The notes: generated from the letters alone by a model not told the origin. Numbered from the stretch's first letter, positions 50,490 through 62,289 are shown. The stretch is 64,000 nucleotides of DNA from an uncultured virus (IMG/VR IMGVR_UViG_3300010233_000007) (IMGVR_UViG_3300010233_000007); one strand, 5' to 3'. A program made the numbers and translations.

Positions 50490-53400
50490 GTGCAAATACT
50501 CAAATCCAACCATCCAAAACTTTGGCCGTGGACAGCGGCAGGCATTTCAAGCGCCGGCCCTGACTTCATCGAGACAGCACAAGCCCTAAGCAATAACACA
50601 GAAGAACAAAACGAATATCTTGATTATCTGTATCGTGAAGCTCTTTATACAAATCAGTTACAAATACAAGTAGAGTTTAAGAATCTCTACCGTAAAGTAA
50701 GATTCTTAACTGGGCATAAATGGGATTCCGAGTCTTTTGGTCCACGAGAGCACCACAATGTAATGATCATAGGTAAAATCGCTGGTGCCGACGAAAATAG
50801 AACAGGCAGATTCTTATCAGGTCCGCCTGGTGAAAAGCTAATAGAAGCATTTGAGCAACTTGGCGAATATTCCTGGCGGGAGGCATACATAACTAACCTT
50901 ATTCGCTTCACACACCCAGATAAAGTATCTGGTGGTACATTGCCCGTTGCGTGGATTAAGGACTGTGCACCGCTACTACAGAATGAACTACGTATAGTCC
51001 GGCCCAACTATATCCTTTGCCTTGGTACAGATGCAATTAAGCATCTATTTGGTAAGCCTATCAAAGCAACTAGCGCCATAGGCGAAATATTTGAGTTACA
51101 GATCCCACTACATAAATCAGTAGAAGAAAAGCCAAAGTATCATACCGCTAAAGTAGTTTGTTGCATCCACCCTGCCGCAGTTTTACGGACACCAGATATG
51201 GAGCAGTCATTCTTATTAGGCTTACAGGGATTCGTAGACTTAATCAATGGCACAACAAAAGTACAAGAGTCTATAGAAGAACACTACATAGACAACGAAG
51301 CAGATCTGTCAGCGCTTGTAACAGAGATAATGAAAGATCCAGCCAACAGTAAGTTGTCGTTTGACTCAGAGTGGCAAGGTGAACGGCCAGAATATGAAGG
51401 TTCTTACCTACGAACGATTCAATTCTCGTGGCATCCTAACAAAGCCTGTTGCGTTATTTTGAACGACGTTGGTGGTGTACCGGTCTTTAAGCCAGATTTT
51501 AATGCTGCCATTAGAATCTTAAACAATCTCACCAAAAAGACTTCGACTTGGCCTGTTAGAATTATTGGCCACTTCCTTCGTGCTGACTTGCCTTGGCTTA
51601 TATCAGCTGGCATGAAATACATTAAAGACGGCTATAATGCGCCTGAAGATGATCCAGATATGTCCCTGCCCGGCGCTAAATACGGCTGGGAAAAGACTAA
51701 GGATGAGGGTGGCTTTGATACTAGCCTAGCTGTACATTCCCATACAGAAGCCGGGATTCAATATAAGCTAGAAGTATTGTGTAATCAGTTATTAGGAATG
51801 CCTAGATATGATCGTATATTGCAGAAATACAAAGATGACTATTGCAAGGAACACAAGCTTAAAGACGAGCAATTAGAGGGCTACGGCTTCATTCCTGGCG
51901 AAATTTTGCACCCGTATGGATTACTCGATGCTATAGGCCCTCGTCGTTTATTTGATCTCTATAACGACAAGCTTCTGGACTGTGATAGATTTGGTAATAA
52001 TTGTCGAGAAGCTTTCTGGATAGGCCAACGCGCGTCATTAAGTGTTTTGGAAATGGAGCGAACAGGGATATTAATAGATAGAGAGCGAACCGAAGAACTT
52101 ATTAGTATCTATAAACAAACCAAAGAAGATTTGGTTAAGGAATTAAAGAAAGACGCCAATTGGCCTGACTTCAATGCCAGTAGCGCAACACATTGCCGTG
52201 AGTTATTATTTGGCCTTGGTTATTCAGGCGCAATTGACAAGACAACCGGTAAACCAGCCAGAGTAAGTCCACGATACGCTAAGTTACAGAACCTCACACC
52301 GATAAAGAATACCAAGAAGCCAGCTAAGATGTGGGCTGACATAGTAGCTAGGGGTGAGACGTGGAAGAATAATGCGTCCACCGATAAAGAAAGTCTTGGC
52401 GAGCTTGGTTGTGAAAATCCAATAGCCAAAAAGCTTAGAGATATACGCTTTATCGAACAGCTACTTAGAACCAATCTTAAACCAGCCAAGATTGACAAGA
52501 AAAGTAAAGAACTTATTCTTGATGAAGATGGTGAAGTTATTTATGAAAAAGGATTGTTGCATTATGCTTCGCCAATAGACGGAAGAATACATCCAAGACT
52601 CAGAATGACATTAGAAACTGCTAGGTATGGTTGTCGTGATCCGAATCTTCAAGCCTGCGCAAAGAGACGGGAAGATGACTATAAAAGAATATTAGGCCCA
52701 CGTTACAAATACCAGCTTCGTAGTGTTTTTATGGCTAAGCCGGGACATGTGCTAATAGAGGCTGACTATTCTGGCGCTGAGTTGTACGCTGTTGCAATTA
52801 TGGCTAGATGTCAGAAGATGATAGAACATTGTCAAAGAGGTTTATTAAAAGAAAGCGATCCCAATTACTACGATATTCACTCGACTGTTGCTGTTAAGGC
52901 ATTCAAGCTTAACTGTGCGCCCACCAAATCAGGATTAGCTTCAATTGGTAAGAAAGGATTAAGAGTTGCCGCCAAAAACTGCATGTTTGGCGGGCTTTAT
53001 GGAAGAGGCGCGGTTGCCATATCACGAGGATCAAAGGAAGAGGGTGTTGATTTAACACCGCTAGAGGCACAGGCGCTCCTTGATGAATTACACGTAATGT
53101 ATCCAGAAGTGTTTCAAGTATATATGCCAGAAGCTAAAGCTAGGGTACATAGTCCTGGCTGGATATGCACCAGCTTTGGGCGCTTTCGTAGATTCGGTAT
53201 CGCATATGATAGATCAGTAATAGGTGATCTAGAACGACAAGCTGGCAATTTCAAGATTCAGGCGCATATAGCTGATTCCATGTCACGCGCGCTTGATCAT
53301 CTGTATAACTACAGAAAAACAAGACCATCTAAAGATTTGTGGTATGATTTGCTTTTGCAAGTACATGATGCCGTTATTCTCGAAGTTCCATTTAACAGTA

Positions 53401-53609
53401 TTGAGTGGGTAGTTGATGACGTATTACCAACCTGTTTAAGTAAACGCAACGAATCTTGGCCCACAGATTTTGACGGCGTAGTATATCCAGACGTAAAAGA
53501 GCCATTTCACCTCGGTATAGACATATCAGTAATGTTGCGTTGGAGTGAAGAATTAAACAAAGAACAAGCTCAAGCTCTAGGAATCCCATTAAGGTTCGCA
53601 CATGCATAA
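50490..53609 (+). CDS. polA: family A DNA polymerase with N-terminal family-4 UDG-like and 3'-5' exonuclease domains
   Basis: UDG-like ..HPAAVLR, FDSE, ADYSGAEL, R..AK...FG..YG, QVHD. Confidence 0.92.
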   Translation: MQILKSNHPKLWPWTAAGISSAGPDFIETAQALSNNTEEQNEYLDYLYREALYTNQLQIQVEFKNLYRKVRFLTGHKWDSESFGPREHHNVMIIGKIAGADENRTGRFLSGPPGEKLIEAFEQLGEYSWREAYITNLIRFTHPDKVSGGTLPVAWIKDCAPLLQNELRIVRPNYILCLGTDAIKHLFGKPIKATSAIGEIFELQIPLHKSVEEKPKYHTAKVVCCIHPAAVLRTPDMEQSFLLGLQGFVDLINGTTKVQESIEEHYIDNEADLSALVTEIMKDPANSKLSFDSEWQGERPEYEGSYLRTIQFSWHPNKACCVILNDVGGVPVFKPDFNAAIRILNNLTKKTSTWPVRIIGHFLRADLPWLISAGMKYIKDGYNAPEDDPDMSLPGAKYGWEKTKDEGGFDTSLAVHSHTEAGIQYKLEVLCNQLLGMPRYDRILQKYKDDYCKEHKLKDEQLEGYGFIPGEILHPYGLLDAIGPRRLFDLYNDKLLDCDRFGNNCREAFWIGQRASLSVLEMERTGILIDRERTEELISIYKQTKEDLVKELKKDANWPDFNASSATHCRELLFGLGYSGAIDKTTGKPARVSPRYAKLQNLTPIKNTKKPAKMWADIVARGETWKNNASTDKESLGELGCENPIAKKLRDIRFIEQLLRTNLKPAKIDKKSKELILDEDGEVIYEKGLLHYASPIDGRIHPRLRMTLETARYGCRDPNLQACAKRREDDYKRILGPRYKYQLRSVFMAKPGHVLIEADYSGAELYAVAIMARCQKMIEHCQRGLLKESDPNYYDIHSTVAVKAFKLNCAPTKSGLASIGKKGLRVAAKNCMFGGLYGRGAVAISRGSKEEGVDLTPLEAQALLDELHVMYPEVFQVYMPEAKARVHSPGWICTSFGRFRRFGIAYDRSVIGDLERQAGNFKIQAHIADSMSRALDHLYNYRKTRPSKDLWYDLLLQVHDAVILEVPFNSIEWVVDDVLPTCLSKRNESWPTDFDGVVYPDVKEPFHLGIDISVMLRWSEELNKEQAQALGIPLRFAHA

Positions 53610-53850
53610 AATCGGATTTGACGTTGAAGGATGGGTATCAGGACTAGAATTGACATGGGTATATGACGTAAGAGATGGTTTTGAAAAAGTAAACGTTGAA
53701 AATATTGATGCTGAAACACTACTTAAAAACCTGCGAAGCGGCGTGTGGTTATTTCCAGTAGAACTTATTCGTGACGCTCCTATTAACATGGTCGAGTGCA
53801 GCAGCTTCAGAATAGAAGGATTAAGCGATGACTACTCAGAAGACATTTGA
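53602..53850 (+). CDS. hypothetical protein
   Basis: overlapping packing with neighbours. Confidence 0.6.
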   Translation: MHKIGFDVEGWVSGLELTWVYDVRDGFEKVNVENIDAETLLKNLRSGVWLFPVELIRDAPINMVECSSFRIEGLSDDYSEDI

Positions 53851-54442
53851 TGAGATTTTTGAGAAAAGAGAATGTGGACATGGACAATATCCGTTTGAGG
53901 TTAAAAAAATCAATGATTTCATTTTCCTTGCACATCAAAAACGCCTAATTCCAAAGCTCCTTATAGTTGGTTATGGCCGTGCAGGTAAGGACACTTGTGC
54001 CGAATACATTTCCAAGATTTCCCCTTTGCGTTATGGCGGCAGCACGAGTAATATCATCTGTCCGTTAATAGCAAAGGAGCTTGGAGTAAGTGAAGAAGAA
54101 GCCTGGAATACACGACACCTTAATAGGCAGTTCTGGTATGAATGGGCAAATGAATACCGAAAAGACGATCCAGCTAAGCTAATAAAGACAGCGCTTGAGA
54201 AAGCTGATATGGTTGTTGGTATTCGCGATAAGCTTGAAATGGAAGCTGTCAAAGATCATAAATTGATAGATCTGATTATCTGGATAGACAATGCAAGAGT
54301 CAGGATAGATTCGACAGTAACCTTCAATAGATCTGATTGTGATGTAGTTATATGCAACCATGAATCCTTACAAGAGTTTCATAGTAAGATCAAAGCGCTA
54401 GTTAATAGTATGGGGCTAACAAAAGATGATAGATCCGCCTAA
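53828..54442 (+). CDS. dNMP kinase-like P-loop protein
   Basis: GYGRAGKDT, G.R...E, D.VI.N. Confidence 0.75.
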   Translation: MTTQKTFDEIFEKRECGHGQYPFEVKKINDFIFLAHQKRLIPKLLIVGYGRAGKDTCAEYISKISPLRYGGSTSNIICPLIAKELGVSEEEAWNTRHLNRQFWYEWANEYRKDDPAKLIKTALEKADMVVGIRDKLEMEAVKDHKLIDLIIWIDNARVRIDSTVTFNRSDCDVVICNHESLQEFHSKIKALVNSMGLTKDDRSA

Positions 54443-55433
54443 TGTATTAGCTGTGCAAAATACACCAGCTGGTGAGATACATTATATTGGCTCTTTTCGC
54501 TGTACGAGTACAAACTGTACACACATAACTGGAACACCACTCGCTTTAGCGCGACTTGCAAAAGCAATAAATGATACTTTAACAGGATATGGTCCACATG
54601 TTATTCATTGCTGTGATGGTGATGACACCAAGCAAACAAAAGCAATAATGATTACTATGGTTAATGATGAGGCCGATATTAACGAAATGCGGCGCAATGG
54701 TCATTTCTAATTTCAAAATTAGAAAGGTCTAAGTATGTTCTACACGCTTCTTGCTGTCTTGGCGCTTGTTTGCCCTTTCAAGCTCAGTCTATATCAGCCT
54801 AGTTTGAGCTTGCCGAGTTTGACATACACATACCTATGTAGAGACTATAAGTTCCGTCAAAAGTTAGTTGATTTAGCTGAAGCGGTGCAAGCTGTATCAA
54901 CGAAAGACGATTCTGACCTCTTTATGACAGTAGAATTTTATAAGCCAGTAGAACAAGATCCAACAAAGAAAAACGATCCAACCAAAAGAAGTGAGCTTAG
55001 ATTTCCTTACGATCAGGGATGGTCATCGCCGCCACATTCCGGCGTTACACTTATCAATTTTTTGCGTAACGAAGTATACCAAACAGCAACTCTTGAGAGA
55101 ATGGAAGCAGCTGATGAACTAGGATTACCTAATCGCGAAGAATGTGAATATTGGATCTCACTGAAAAATAAAGTCATAGAGCATTTGGAAGGGCTTAAAC
55201 CAATTCTATTTGACTTTCAACAGAAACAGGCCGACGCGCTTATTCAGCAAATAAAGACGAATCATGAATTATGGGATCACATTTTGGTTGTTAGAAAAGG
55301 CATGTATTATATTTCAGTCAGACGTAGGTGTTTGACAAAGATAAAGAAAGGATTAGACGAGATTCCAGGTATAACTATTCACGATTGTTTAATTCCCGTT
55401 TCTGCACTTGAAAAGATTATCAATAATGATTAA
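54426..55433 (+). CDS. two hypothetical ORFs (54426-54710, 54735-55433)
   Basis: ORF track; the second has a signal-like N-terminus. Confidence 0.65.
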
Positions 55434-55492
55434 CGTATAGAAATCGTAATAAGTAAGTAGTAATTTGTTTTAAGTAATTCAAAGGAAGTAAT

Positions 55493-56926
55493 ATGCCAAG
55501 AGCAAGTAACCTTCGTCAGAGTAATCGTCGTTATCAAGTCCGTGATCAAGTAAATTTAGGTGGTGAAAGTCGTTTAGGTAGTTATGTATTAAAGCGCAAT
55601 TCTGGCTGTGAATATTGGAAGCCGAGTTGGAATAACACCAAGACTTGTATTCGCATATTTCCTGGTTTAGACCCAGAAGACAATTCAAAGTTCGATCAAT
55701 TCCGTTTAACCACAGAGCCATTAGATTTCGGTGATTGGATTCGTACATATCCGGCTGTTCGCAATTTTGGCGATCCCGGCCTTACGATGCTTTTGTACGA
55801 TCCTACCAGTGAAGAGACTTATAACGCTAATGCTAATCCATGTTCAATCTTATATTGGGCAATTGAGAAGGCATGTAAAGATAATCTGCCGTGTGTAGAA
55901 AGAGAGTGGTATCCTCTTCGTGAGTTTAATCAGGGTCGCGGCAGAATCCTCTCCAAGCCGGCGCAAATAGGCTTAGTGCAGTGCGCAATGATGACGCACA
56001 ATAATAAGGATTTCTTCGACGGGCAGAATCCGCCAAGAGGAGGAGCACCAGAAGACAAGACAGTTGTATTTGAATTGTCTATTAGTGCTGTAAAGGCTCT
56101 ATTTGATTTGCTTGAGTCAAAGGACGATGATTGGGAAGGTGATCCAGAAGACTTTGCGCAATATAAGTATGGTGATATAGTTGCGCCTGAAGCCGGTGGA
56201 TACGTTTGGCTCTATCAGCGTGGTACTGATATGAGTGCTGGCACGACAAAGCGTGAAGTACCAAAGTCAGCATTTGGTGGAAAGCGTAACACATCCTTGT
56301 CAAGCGGCGATCAAGAAGTTAAGGGATTTGATTGCAGTATTACAGATGACTTTAAGGGTGTACCAGCTGCTATTGAAGAGGAATTACTGCAATCCAAAGT
56401 AAAGCCTTGGGAAGACATTTTGCAGTTCTATACTAATGATGAGCAAGCGCATCTGTTGAACGGTAGTTTTCCTGCTTCTGCGATTATGTACGCCTTTCGA
56501 GATCATCCCGAATGGATTGATTCAACGACAAAGCGCATTAGCAGCAAAACTAAACAGGTTGAAGTTAGAAAGCCTGTTGAGGAGGACGCTGGTGATGATG
56601 AAGAGACAGAAAAGCCGCCAACTAGGTCTAATTCTAGCTGGGGGAAGAAAGCTCCGAACAAGCCGCCAGCAACTCCTCATCCAAAGCAGGACAGTGTAGT
56701 TCCAGAGGATGAGATTCCTGATGATGAATTAGATCCGCCCGGTATTCAAGTGGAGGAACAAGAGGAAGCGATTGTAAATGGTGCTCAAGATGAAGAGTTG
56801 GTAGATTTTCCGCCAAAGGACGAGGAGGATTTTGACGAACAGCCGGATAAGCCAAGTGAAGCAGAAGCAGCAGCGGAAGCTTTGAAAGTAGCTAAGAATA
56901 GGGCTAATTCTCGTAAACGACGATAA
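55493..56926 (+). CDS. putative ssDNA-binding protein (gp32-like)
   Basis: IRIFP motif, aromatic-rich body, acidic disordered tail, directly before RecA. Confidence 0.5.
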   Translation: MPRASNLRQSNRRYQVRDQVNLGGESRLGSYVLKRNSGCEYWKPSWNNTKTCIRIFPGLDPEDNSKFDQFRLTTEPLDFGDWIRTYPAVRNFGDPGLTMLLYDPTSEETYNANANPCSILYWAIEKACKDNLPCVEREWYPLREFNQGRGRILSKPAQIGLVQCAMMTHNNKDFFDGQNPPRGGAPEDKTVVFELSISAVKALFDLLESKDDDWEGDPEDFAQYKYGDIVAPEAGGYVWLYQRGTDMSAGTTKREVPKSAFGGKRNTSLSSGDQEVKGFDCSITDDFKGVPAAIEEELLQSKVKPWEDILQFYTNDEQAHLLNGSFPASAIMYAFRDHPEWIDSTTKRISSKTKQVEVRKPVEEDAGDDEETEKPPTRSNSSWGKKAPNKPPATPHPKQDSVVPEDEIPDDELDPPGIQVEEQEEAIVNGAQDEELVDFPPKDEEDFDEQPDKPSEAEAAAEALKVAKNRANSRKRR

Positions 56927-56982
56927 GGGCAGTAATCACTAAACAGGGATCTTTTGATCCCTGTTGTCATTTGGGGCTTATT

Positions 56983-58287
56983 ATGGCTAAGAAGCGAAAG
57001 AACCAAGACATAAATGACAGCGATATAGATGCGCTGTTTGACAGTATGAGTGATGCTGCTAAGGATCATTTCGGCGCTGGTAATATTTATACAGGCAGCG
57101 AAGCAGAACGATTGATTATTGGGCTGTATCTTCCTGCGCTATGTTTGCGGTATTTGTTCCAGTCGAATATCTTGCCGTTTGAACGAATTGGGCAGATTGT
57201 GGGACAGGAAGGATCATGTAAGTCAGCACTATTAGATGAGTTCTTTAGAATCACGAGGATGAATAGGGGCCGAGGATATTTACAAGAAGCAGAAACAAAA
57301 GATAGTCCAATTATGCGGCTCTCTATTCTCAATTACGATGAAAAGGCCGTGGTCATCAGGCCGTGTGAAGCATTAGAAGACTGGCAAGAAGGGCTTACGT
57401 ATCTTATAAATCTGAATAAACAACAAATGCTCGGAACCAAGTCTAAGCCGGGACTAGGCAAGATTGCGCCTGTATTGCATGGCGTTGATTCTTTAATGGG
57501 CAAGGGTTGTCGTGAATCGTTAGCGAAGATAGCCAAGGATGGATACTCACAACGGTCGTTTCCCGCAGAAGCTATGCTGATTAACAGCTACATGAAATTC
57601 ATTCCGCAACAACTGGCTGGTTGGCCGTTCATGCTTTGGGGTGTCAACCACATGAAGCCATCTCAAGACCAGATGGGTAGGCCGCAAAATAATATACCGG
57701 GCGGAATGTCACTAAAGTTCCAGGAAACATATCAACTGGAGCTACACAGAGTAAAAGATATTAAAAAGGTGGACGTGCAAGGTATTACCGTGAAAATGGT
57801 AATGCGTAAGAATAGTCTTGGTGCATCGAGGCTATCTATAAATGCTGATTTGCTGTGGTGGGACGACGAAGAAGCTGGATATGTGCAGCGAACTGTCTGG
57901 GACTGGAACACTGCGACTATAGATTTATTATTGGCATTTGAGGGGTCGCGGTTTAACCGGCTACAAGAGGTATGCGACCTACACGTGGCTGATAAGAGCA
58001 AGAAATTGGTATGGTCAGAACGACTTAATATTCCTAGAGACGACTCACAACCATATGCGGTAGCAGCAGAAGCACTTGAGAACGATATGCAGTTAGTGTC
58101 TGAATTACATAAGCTGCTTAGAATTCATGATTACCAAGTCTACAAGCCTGGTGTGCCATATGACGACCAATTAGCTGAAGCCAGAGAAGCCGCATCAAAA
58201 ATCAACTGGTCAGAACTAGCCAGCAGTAAGCCGACACAAACCGTCGAGGTTTCTAAAAATGCTGGAGAAGATACTAGTAACAATTAA
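56983..58287 (+). CDS. recA: RecA/UvsX-like recombinase
   Basis: GQEGSCKS, VDS, NH, PGG.SLKF, KN. Confidence 0.85.
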   Translation: MAKKRKNQDINDSDIDALFDSMSDAAKDHFGAGNIYTGSEAERLIIGLYLPALCLRYLFQSNILPFERIGQIVGQEGSCKSALLDEFFRITRMNRGRGYLQEAETKDSPIMRLSILNYDEKAVVIRPCEALEDWQEGLTYLINLNKQQMLGTKSKPGLGKIAPVLHGVDSLMGKGCRESLAKIAKDGYSQRSFPAEAMLINSYMKFIPQQLAGWPFMLWGVNHMKPSQDQMGRPQNNIPGGMSLKFQETYQLELHRVKDIKKVDVQGITVKMVMRKNSLGASRLSINADLLWWDDEEAGYVQRTVWDWNTATIDLLLAFEGSRFNRLQEVCDLHVADKSKKLVWSERLNIPRDDSQPYAVAAEALENDMQLVSELHKLLRIHDYQVYKPGVPYDDQLAEAREAASKINWSELASSKPTQTVEVSKNAGEDTSNN

Positions 58288-58369
58288 TCCATGTATGTGT
58301 TGGCCTTTGTCATTATTATGCCTGGTTATCGTGCTAGGTTATAAGTTCGCTAAAGAGTAACAAATCCTA

Positions 58370-58924
58370 ATGGCGGAATTAGAAATGACCAGTCCATTAG
58401 ATGATGATAGTAACTTCGATATAGGGGAATGGATCGGAAAGAAGCATGATGCCTTTGAAGAGTCAGTTATCAAAAAGATATTTGCATATTATAATATGAA
58501 GGAAAAGGTGGCTGAGCTAAGACGTAAATGTCAGGAAGTGACTGGATCTCCTAGACTTTGTTTTGAGATATTAGAAGAATTATACCCAGACTTCAATGTT
58601 CGACTGTTTTCTCGTTCAGTTCCATATGTTCACCATGTCACTTTAATTGATCTGTTCAAACGATTTACCAAGACATTGATCTGGAAAGAATATGAATCAT
58701 GTCTTGATTTGTTCGGTGTACCAGCGTATGCCAAATCTGGGTTAGCTTTTAATATGCCAGGTGTCGGCGTTATGGTTATGCACAACACTCACGCGGCTGA
58801 AAACGGCGGCACTAGAATACAGAAAGATGTTTATGACAAAATAACTGATACTTATCGGATTTTTACCATAGAACCATTAAACGACTTTCTGAGCACCATA
58901 AACATAAGCGGCTGGGTTAAATGA
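58370..58924 (+). CDS. hypothetical protein
   Basis: 184 aa. Confidence 0.65.
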   Translation: MAELEMTSPLDDDSNFDIGEWIGKKHDAFEESVIKKIFAYYNMKEKVAELRRKCQEVTGSPRLCFEILEELYPDFNVRLFSRSVPYVHHVTLIDLFKRFTKTLIWKEYESCLDLFGVPAYAKSGLAFNMPGVGVMVMHNTHAAENGGTRIQKDVYDKITDTYRIFTIEPLNDFLSTINISGWVK

Positions 58925-59014
58925 TATTAGACGCAGTTAAGAGAAACACAATAAAAAGATACAAAGACAGAAAGTACCGGCGTAATTTAATCAGTCTAAG
59001 TAAAAGAGGTCAAG

Positions 59015-60058
59015 ATGGCTAAAACAGTTGTGAAAGACGCAAAGCCCGCAAAAACAGTAGAAGTACCTGAAACTGACAATGGTGAAATGTCGCCCGCGCT
59101 CAAAAAGAAGTTTGAGCAGGCAGATAAACTCTTGCGCAGTGCAGACGCAAATTTCTTGAAAGCCAGGTATTCCCTTGGTGAAATCGTATCCGACGTTGAG
59201 AAAGATCCAAAGAGTGTTTATGGAGCCAAGGCCATTGATAAGCTCCGTACTGCTCTTGGTGTGAATAGCAACATCCTGTATAAAGCTCGCCGGTTTACCG
59301 AGCTTTACACCAGTGACGATTTGACTCAGATTATGTCTGCTCGTGGCAAGGGCGGGCAATCAATCAATTGGTCGCATATGGAAGTCCTCGTTACCGTAGA
59401 GGATGACGATATGCGCAATGAATTAACTGAGAAGGTGTTAAAGGAGGCGTGGACAGCGAGAGATTTGGGTAAGGAGGTAAAGAAGTTATTCGGAGGTTCA
59501 CGCAGTAATTCCAACGGTCGGCCCATGAGTAAGCCAAAGCATTTCTCTGGCTATCTGGACTCGGTGATTTCTGTATCTCAGGGTGTACAGAAGAAGACTA
59601 ATACTGTATGGTTGTCCGAAGAAGATAACATTCACGACGCGGCTTCCACATTATCAGAGATTAACGACGATGTGATGGGTAAGTTGCAGGAAGCAATGGA
59701 CGAACTTGCGGCAATGGTTATTTCTGCCGAGACAATGGTTAAAGAGTTAAATGATATCCGAGAAGAACTGCTTAGCCGTGTTACCAAAGCAGAACAACAG
59801 GTAAAAGCAAACACAAAAACTTTCAAAAAGGACGAGATAGATGACATCTACGACGACGAATCCGATGAGCCAGCCAGTGGTGCCGAACGCAGTTCCGTCA
59901 AATCAGGCCCAGGCGTTGACGAAGACGAAGAAGACGACGAAGAAGCCGGTGACGAAGAAGACGAAGAGTTCGACGAAGAAGACGACGAAGTTGAAGAAGA
60001 GCTGACCAAGAAGATCAAAGCTCGTCCCGGTGCGCCTAAAACATATGCCAAACGTTAA
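59015..60058 (+). CDS. DUF1016-N-like helical DNA-binding protein with an acidic tail
   Basis: YSLGE...YG...L...R.F..Y...NWSH..L...W..R.L pattern. Confidence 0.55.
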   Translation: MAKTVVKDAKPAKTVEVPETDNGEMSPALKKKFEQADKLLRSADANFLKARYSLGEIVSDVEKDPKSVYGAKAIDKLRTALGVNSNILYKARRFTELYTSDDLTQIMSARGKGGQSINWSHMEVLVTVEDDDMRNELTEKVLKEAWTARDLGKEVKKLFGGSRSNSNGRPMSKPKHFSGYLDSVISVSQGVQKKTNTVWLSEEDNIHDAASTLSEINDDVMGKLQEAMDELAAMVISAETMVKELNDIREELLSRVTKAEQQVKANTKTFKKDEIDDIYDDESDEPASGAERSSVKSGPGVDEDEEDDEEAGDEEDEEFDEEDDEVEEELTKKIKARPGAPKTYAKR

Positions 60059-60078
60059 TTAGTTGTTATTTCACTCCA

Positions 60079-60114
60079 GGCGAGCGGTTATTTAATCGCT
60101 CGCTTTTTCTTTTT
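60079..60114 (+). terminator. intrinsic terminator
   Basis: GGCGAGCGGTTA/TAATCGCTCGCT plus T-run. Confidence 0.8.
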
Positions 60115-60151
60115 GGAGATTATTTCTAATTTCAAAATTAGAAAGGTAAGT

Positions 60152-61538
60152 ATGGACTTCAACGGCTTAGCTGTACAGTATCAAGTCGCAATAGTGGCCG
60201 CATTAGTCGGCGCTATTAGTATATGGTTCAATAAGATACGTGAATTACCTAAGAAGATATTCGCATTTCTCAAGAGTCAATTCGTAGTAACAATCGAAGC
60301 GGAAAAAAAAGACGAGGCATTCAGTTGGCTGCAAATATGGGTATCTAGACAAGAGAAGATTAAAANNNNNNNNNNGACAATTAGTAGCAGTAACCGGTAG
60401 CAACAAAGAAACCGAGTTACCGTTTGATTTGGAGGCTGATAACCGACCAGAAGTTATGTTGATTCCGAACAAGGGTTTACACAAATATACATTTGAAAAT
60501 AAGACGATATATGTCGGTGTTGCAAGCAGAGATTCACAGGCAGACAAGCAAAGTGCAGTAATGGTAGCGCGTGCCGATAGGTTAGAGCCAGAATATTTCA
60601 ATATAATTATGAGGACAAGAGACACAAGTGTAGCGACTAGATTCATGCAGTCTGTAAAAGATACGGCATTACCTAAAGACAACAAGATCATCATTAGAAC
60701 AGCTACACCTTGCTTTTGGAATCCGTGGCGAGTTGTGTCCAGAACAGAGCCACGAGATGTAAGTTCGGTTATTTTGGCGGGAAACATTAAAGATGAACTT
60801 ATTGCTGACATGAAGGAATTTATGGAAGCTATCGATTGGTATACCGGTTTGGGTATCCCATATAGACGTGGCTATTTGCTCTATGGCCCACCGGGAAATG
60901 GTAAAAGTTCTCTAATCGCAGCATTAGCTGGACATTTTGGGTTGAATCTGTATATTTTAAGTCTAGCCGCATCAAAGGTTAACGACGCAAATATAGATGA
61001 GGTATTAAGCGGAGTGCATAACAATAGCCTTATTCTAATTGAGGATATTGATTGTGCATTCGTTAAGCGAATAAATGTAGTTGAAGAAACAACAGAGAAA
61101 GCAGTCGCAACTAGTGGCAGTCCTACACCAGTAGCAGCTACAGCCGATAAATCAGATAAACTTTCATTTAGTGGATTACTGAACGCGCTGGATGGAGTAT
61201 CTTGTGGGCAAGGCCGAATGATTTTTATGACGACCAATCACATAGAAAGATTGGACCCAGCTTTAATAAGACCCGGCAGAGTAGATATTAAGAAATATAT
61301 AGGTAATGCCGATCAAGTTCAAGCCAAGCACCTATACCAGCGTTTCTATAAATTAAGCGATAATAGTAGCTTGGCTTCTTTGTTTGCCAGCTATATTCCG
61401 CATCAACAGATTAGCATGGCCGCGTTACAGGGCCATTTGATGCAACATAAGAGTGAGCCACAAGCAGCTATAGATAACCTTTTCAAATTGAAAGAGAGCA
61501 TAGAGTGCAAACAGACAGCGATGACAGTAACGAGCTAA
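60152..61538 (+). CDS. BCS1-like AAA ATPase (apparent frameshift falls at the 10-N gap)
   Basis: N-terminal TM segment, GIPYRRGYLLYGPPGNGKSS, IEDID, SGLLNALDG, LDPALIRPGR.D. Confidence 0.85.
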
Positions 61539-62289
61539 TGGACTGTCAAATCATGAGAACCTGTGTAGAGCAATTAGTTATCGATCACCAAACTTACGCG
61601 GTGCCACGTATAGAAACTATATGGGTGCTTCTTCCTGCTAAATTTGCCGAAAAAGGTAAACTAATTGCTATTAAATACGAAGGATGGGAAAAATGGGTCG
61701 GCGGCTGGGAGGTTATGGAAGTCTGTAAAGTAAGCAGAAGGCCAGAAGTAATGGAGGAAGAATGCCAGGAACCACAGAGTTCTGCGAAGGATCAAACACA
61801 CATAGAGAAGAATTAATACAAGTTGATTTGTATCGTGATTATACGGCTGACGGCGAACTATTCCAATGTAGAGATTGGCAGCACAGTATTTGGATTCCTG
61901 TTAAGTTTGCCGTTATTGGTAAACGATTAAAGACTAGAAAAACAACCAGTGATAAATGGGAAGACGGCTGGATAGTTGGTGATGTGTATTTTCCGTCACG
62001 AACGGTAGAAGTAGAAGATTCCGATTCCTGCTATTGAAAGGAAATAATGGAAAACACAGCCCCACCAGATATATTTCGATCAATAGGTTTTGACACCGTA
62101 TATATGCCTGGTAAACACCATGAGACTATATTTTTCATAGGTCCAAACGGCGAACAAATGGAAAACGTATCGCCAGAAGCCGTAGAGGAATATATTAACT
62201 ATTGTGAAAAACAATTAAAAGTAGCTAAAGATTATGTCGATAATAACTATAACAATAAAACACACGAATGGACTTATGATCTGTTTTGA
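61505..62289 (+). CDS. three small ORFs; 61505-61816 and 61762-62037 are paralogs
   Basis: shared P.KFA..GK....KW..GW.V motif. Confidence 0.6.

Noticed and set aside
58299..58346. Fifth island-promoter copy (GCATAATAAT box on the - strand)
   Set aside because: Lacks CTAAATA at 15 nt and has no - strand gene downstream
60366..60428. Programmed frameshift or pseudogene in the BCS1-like gene
   Set aside because: The break coincides with a 10-N assembly gap
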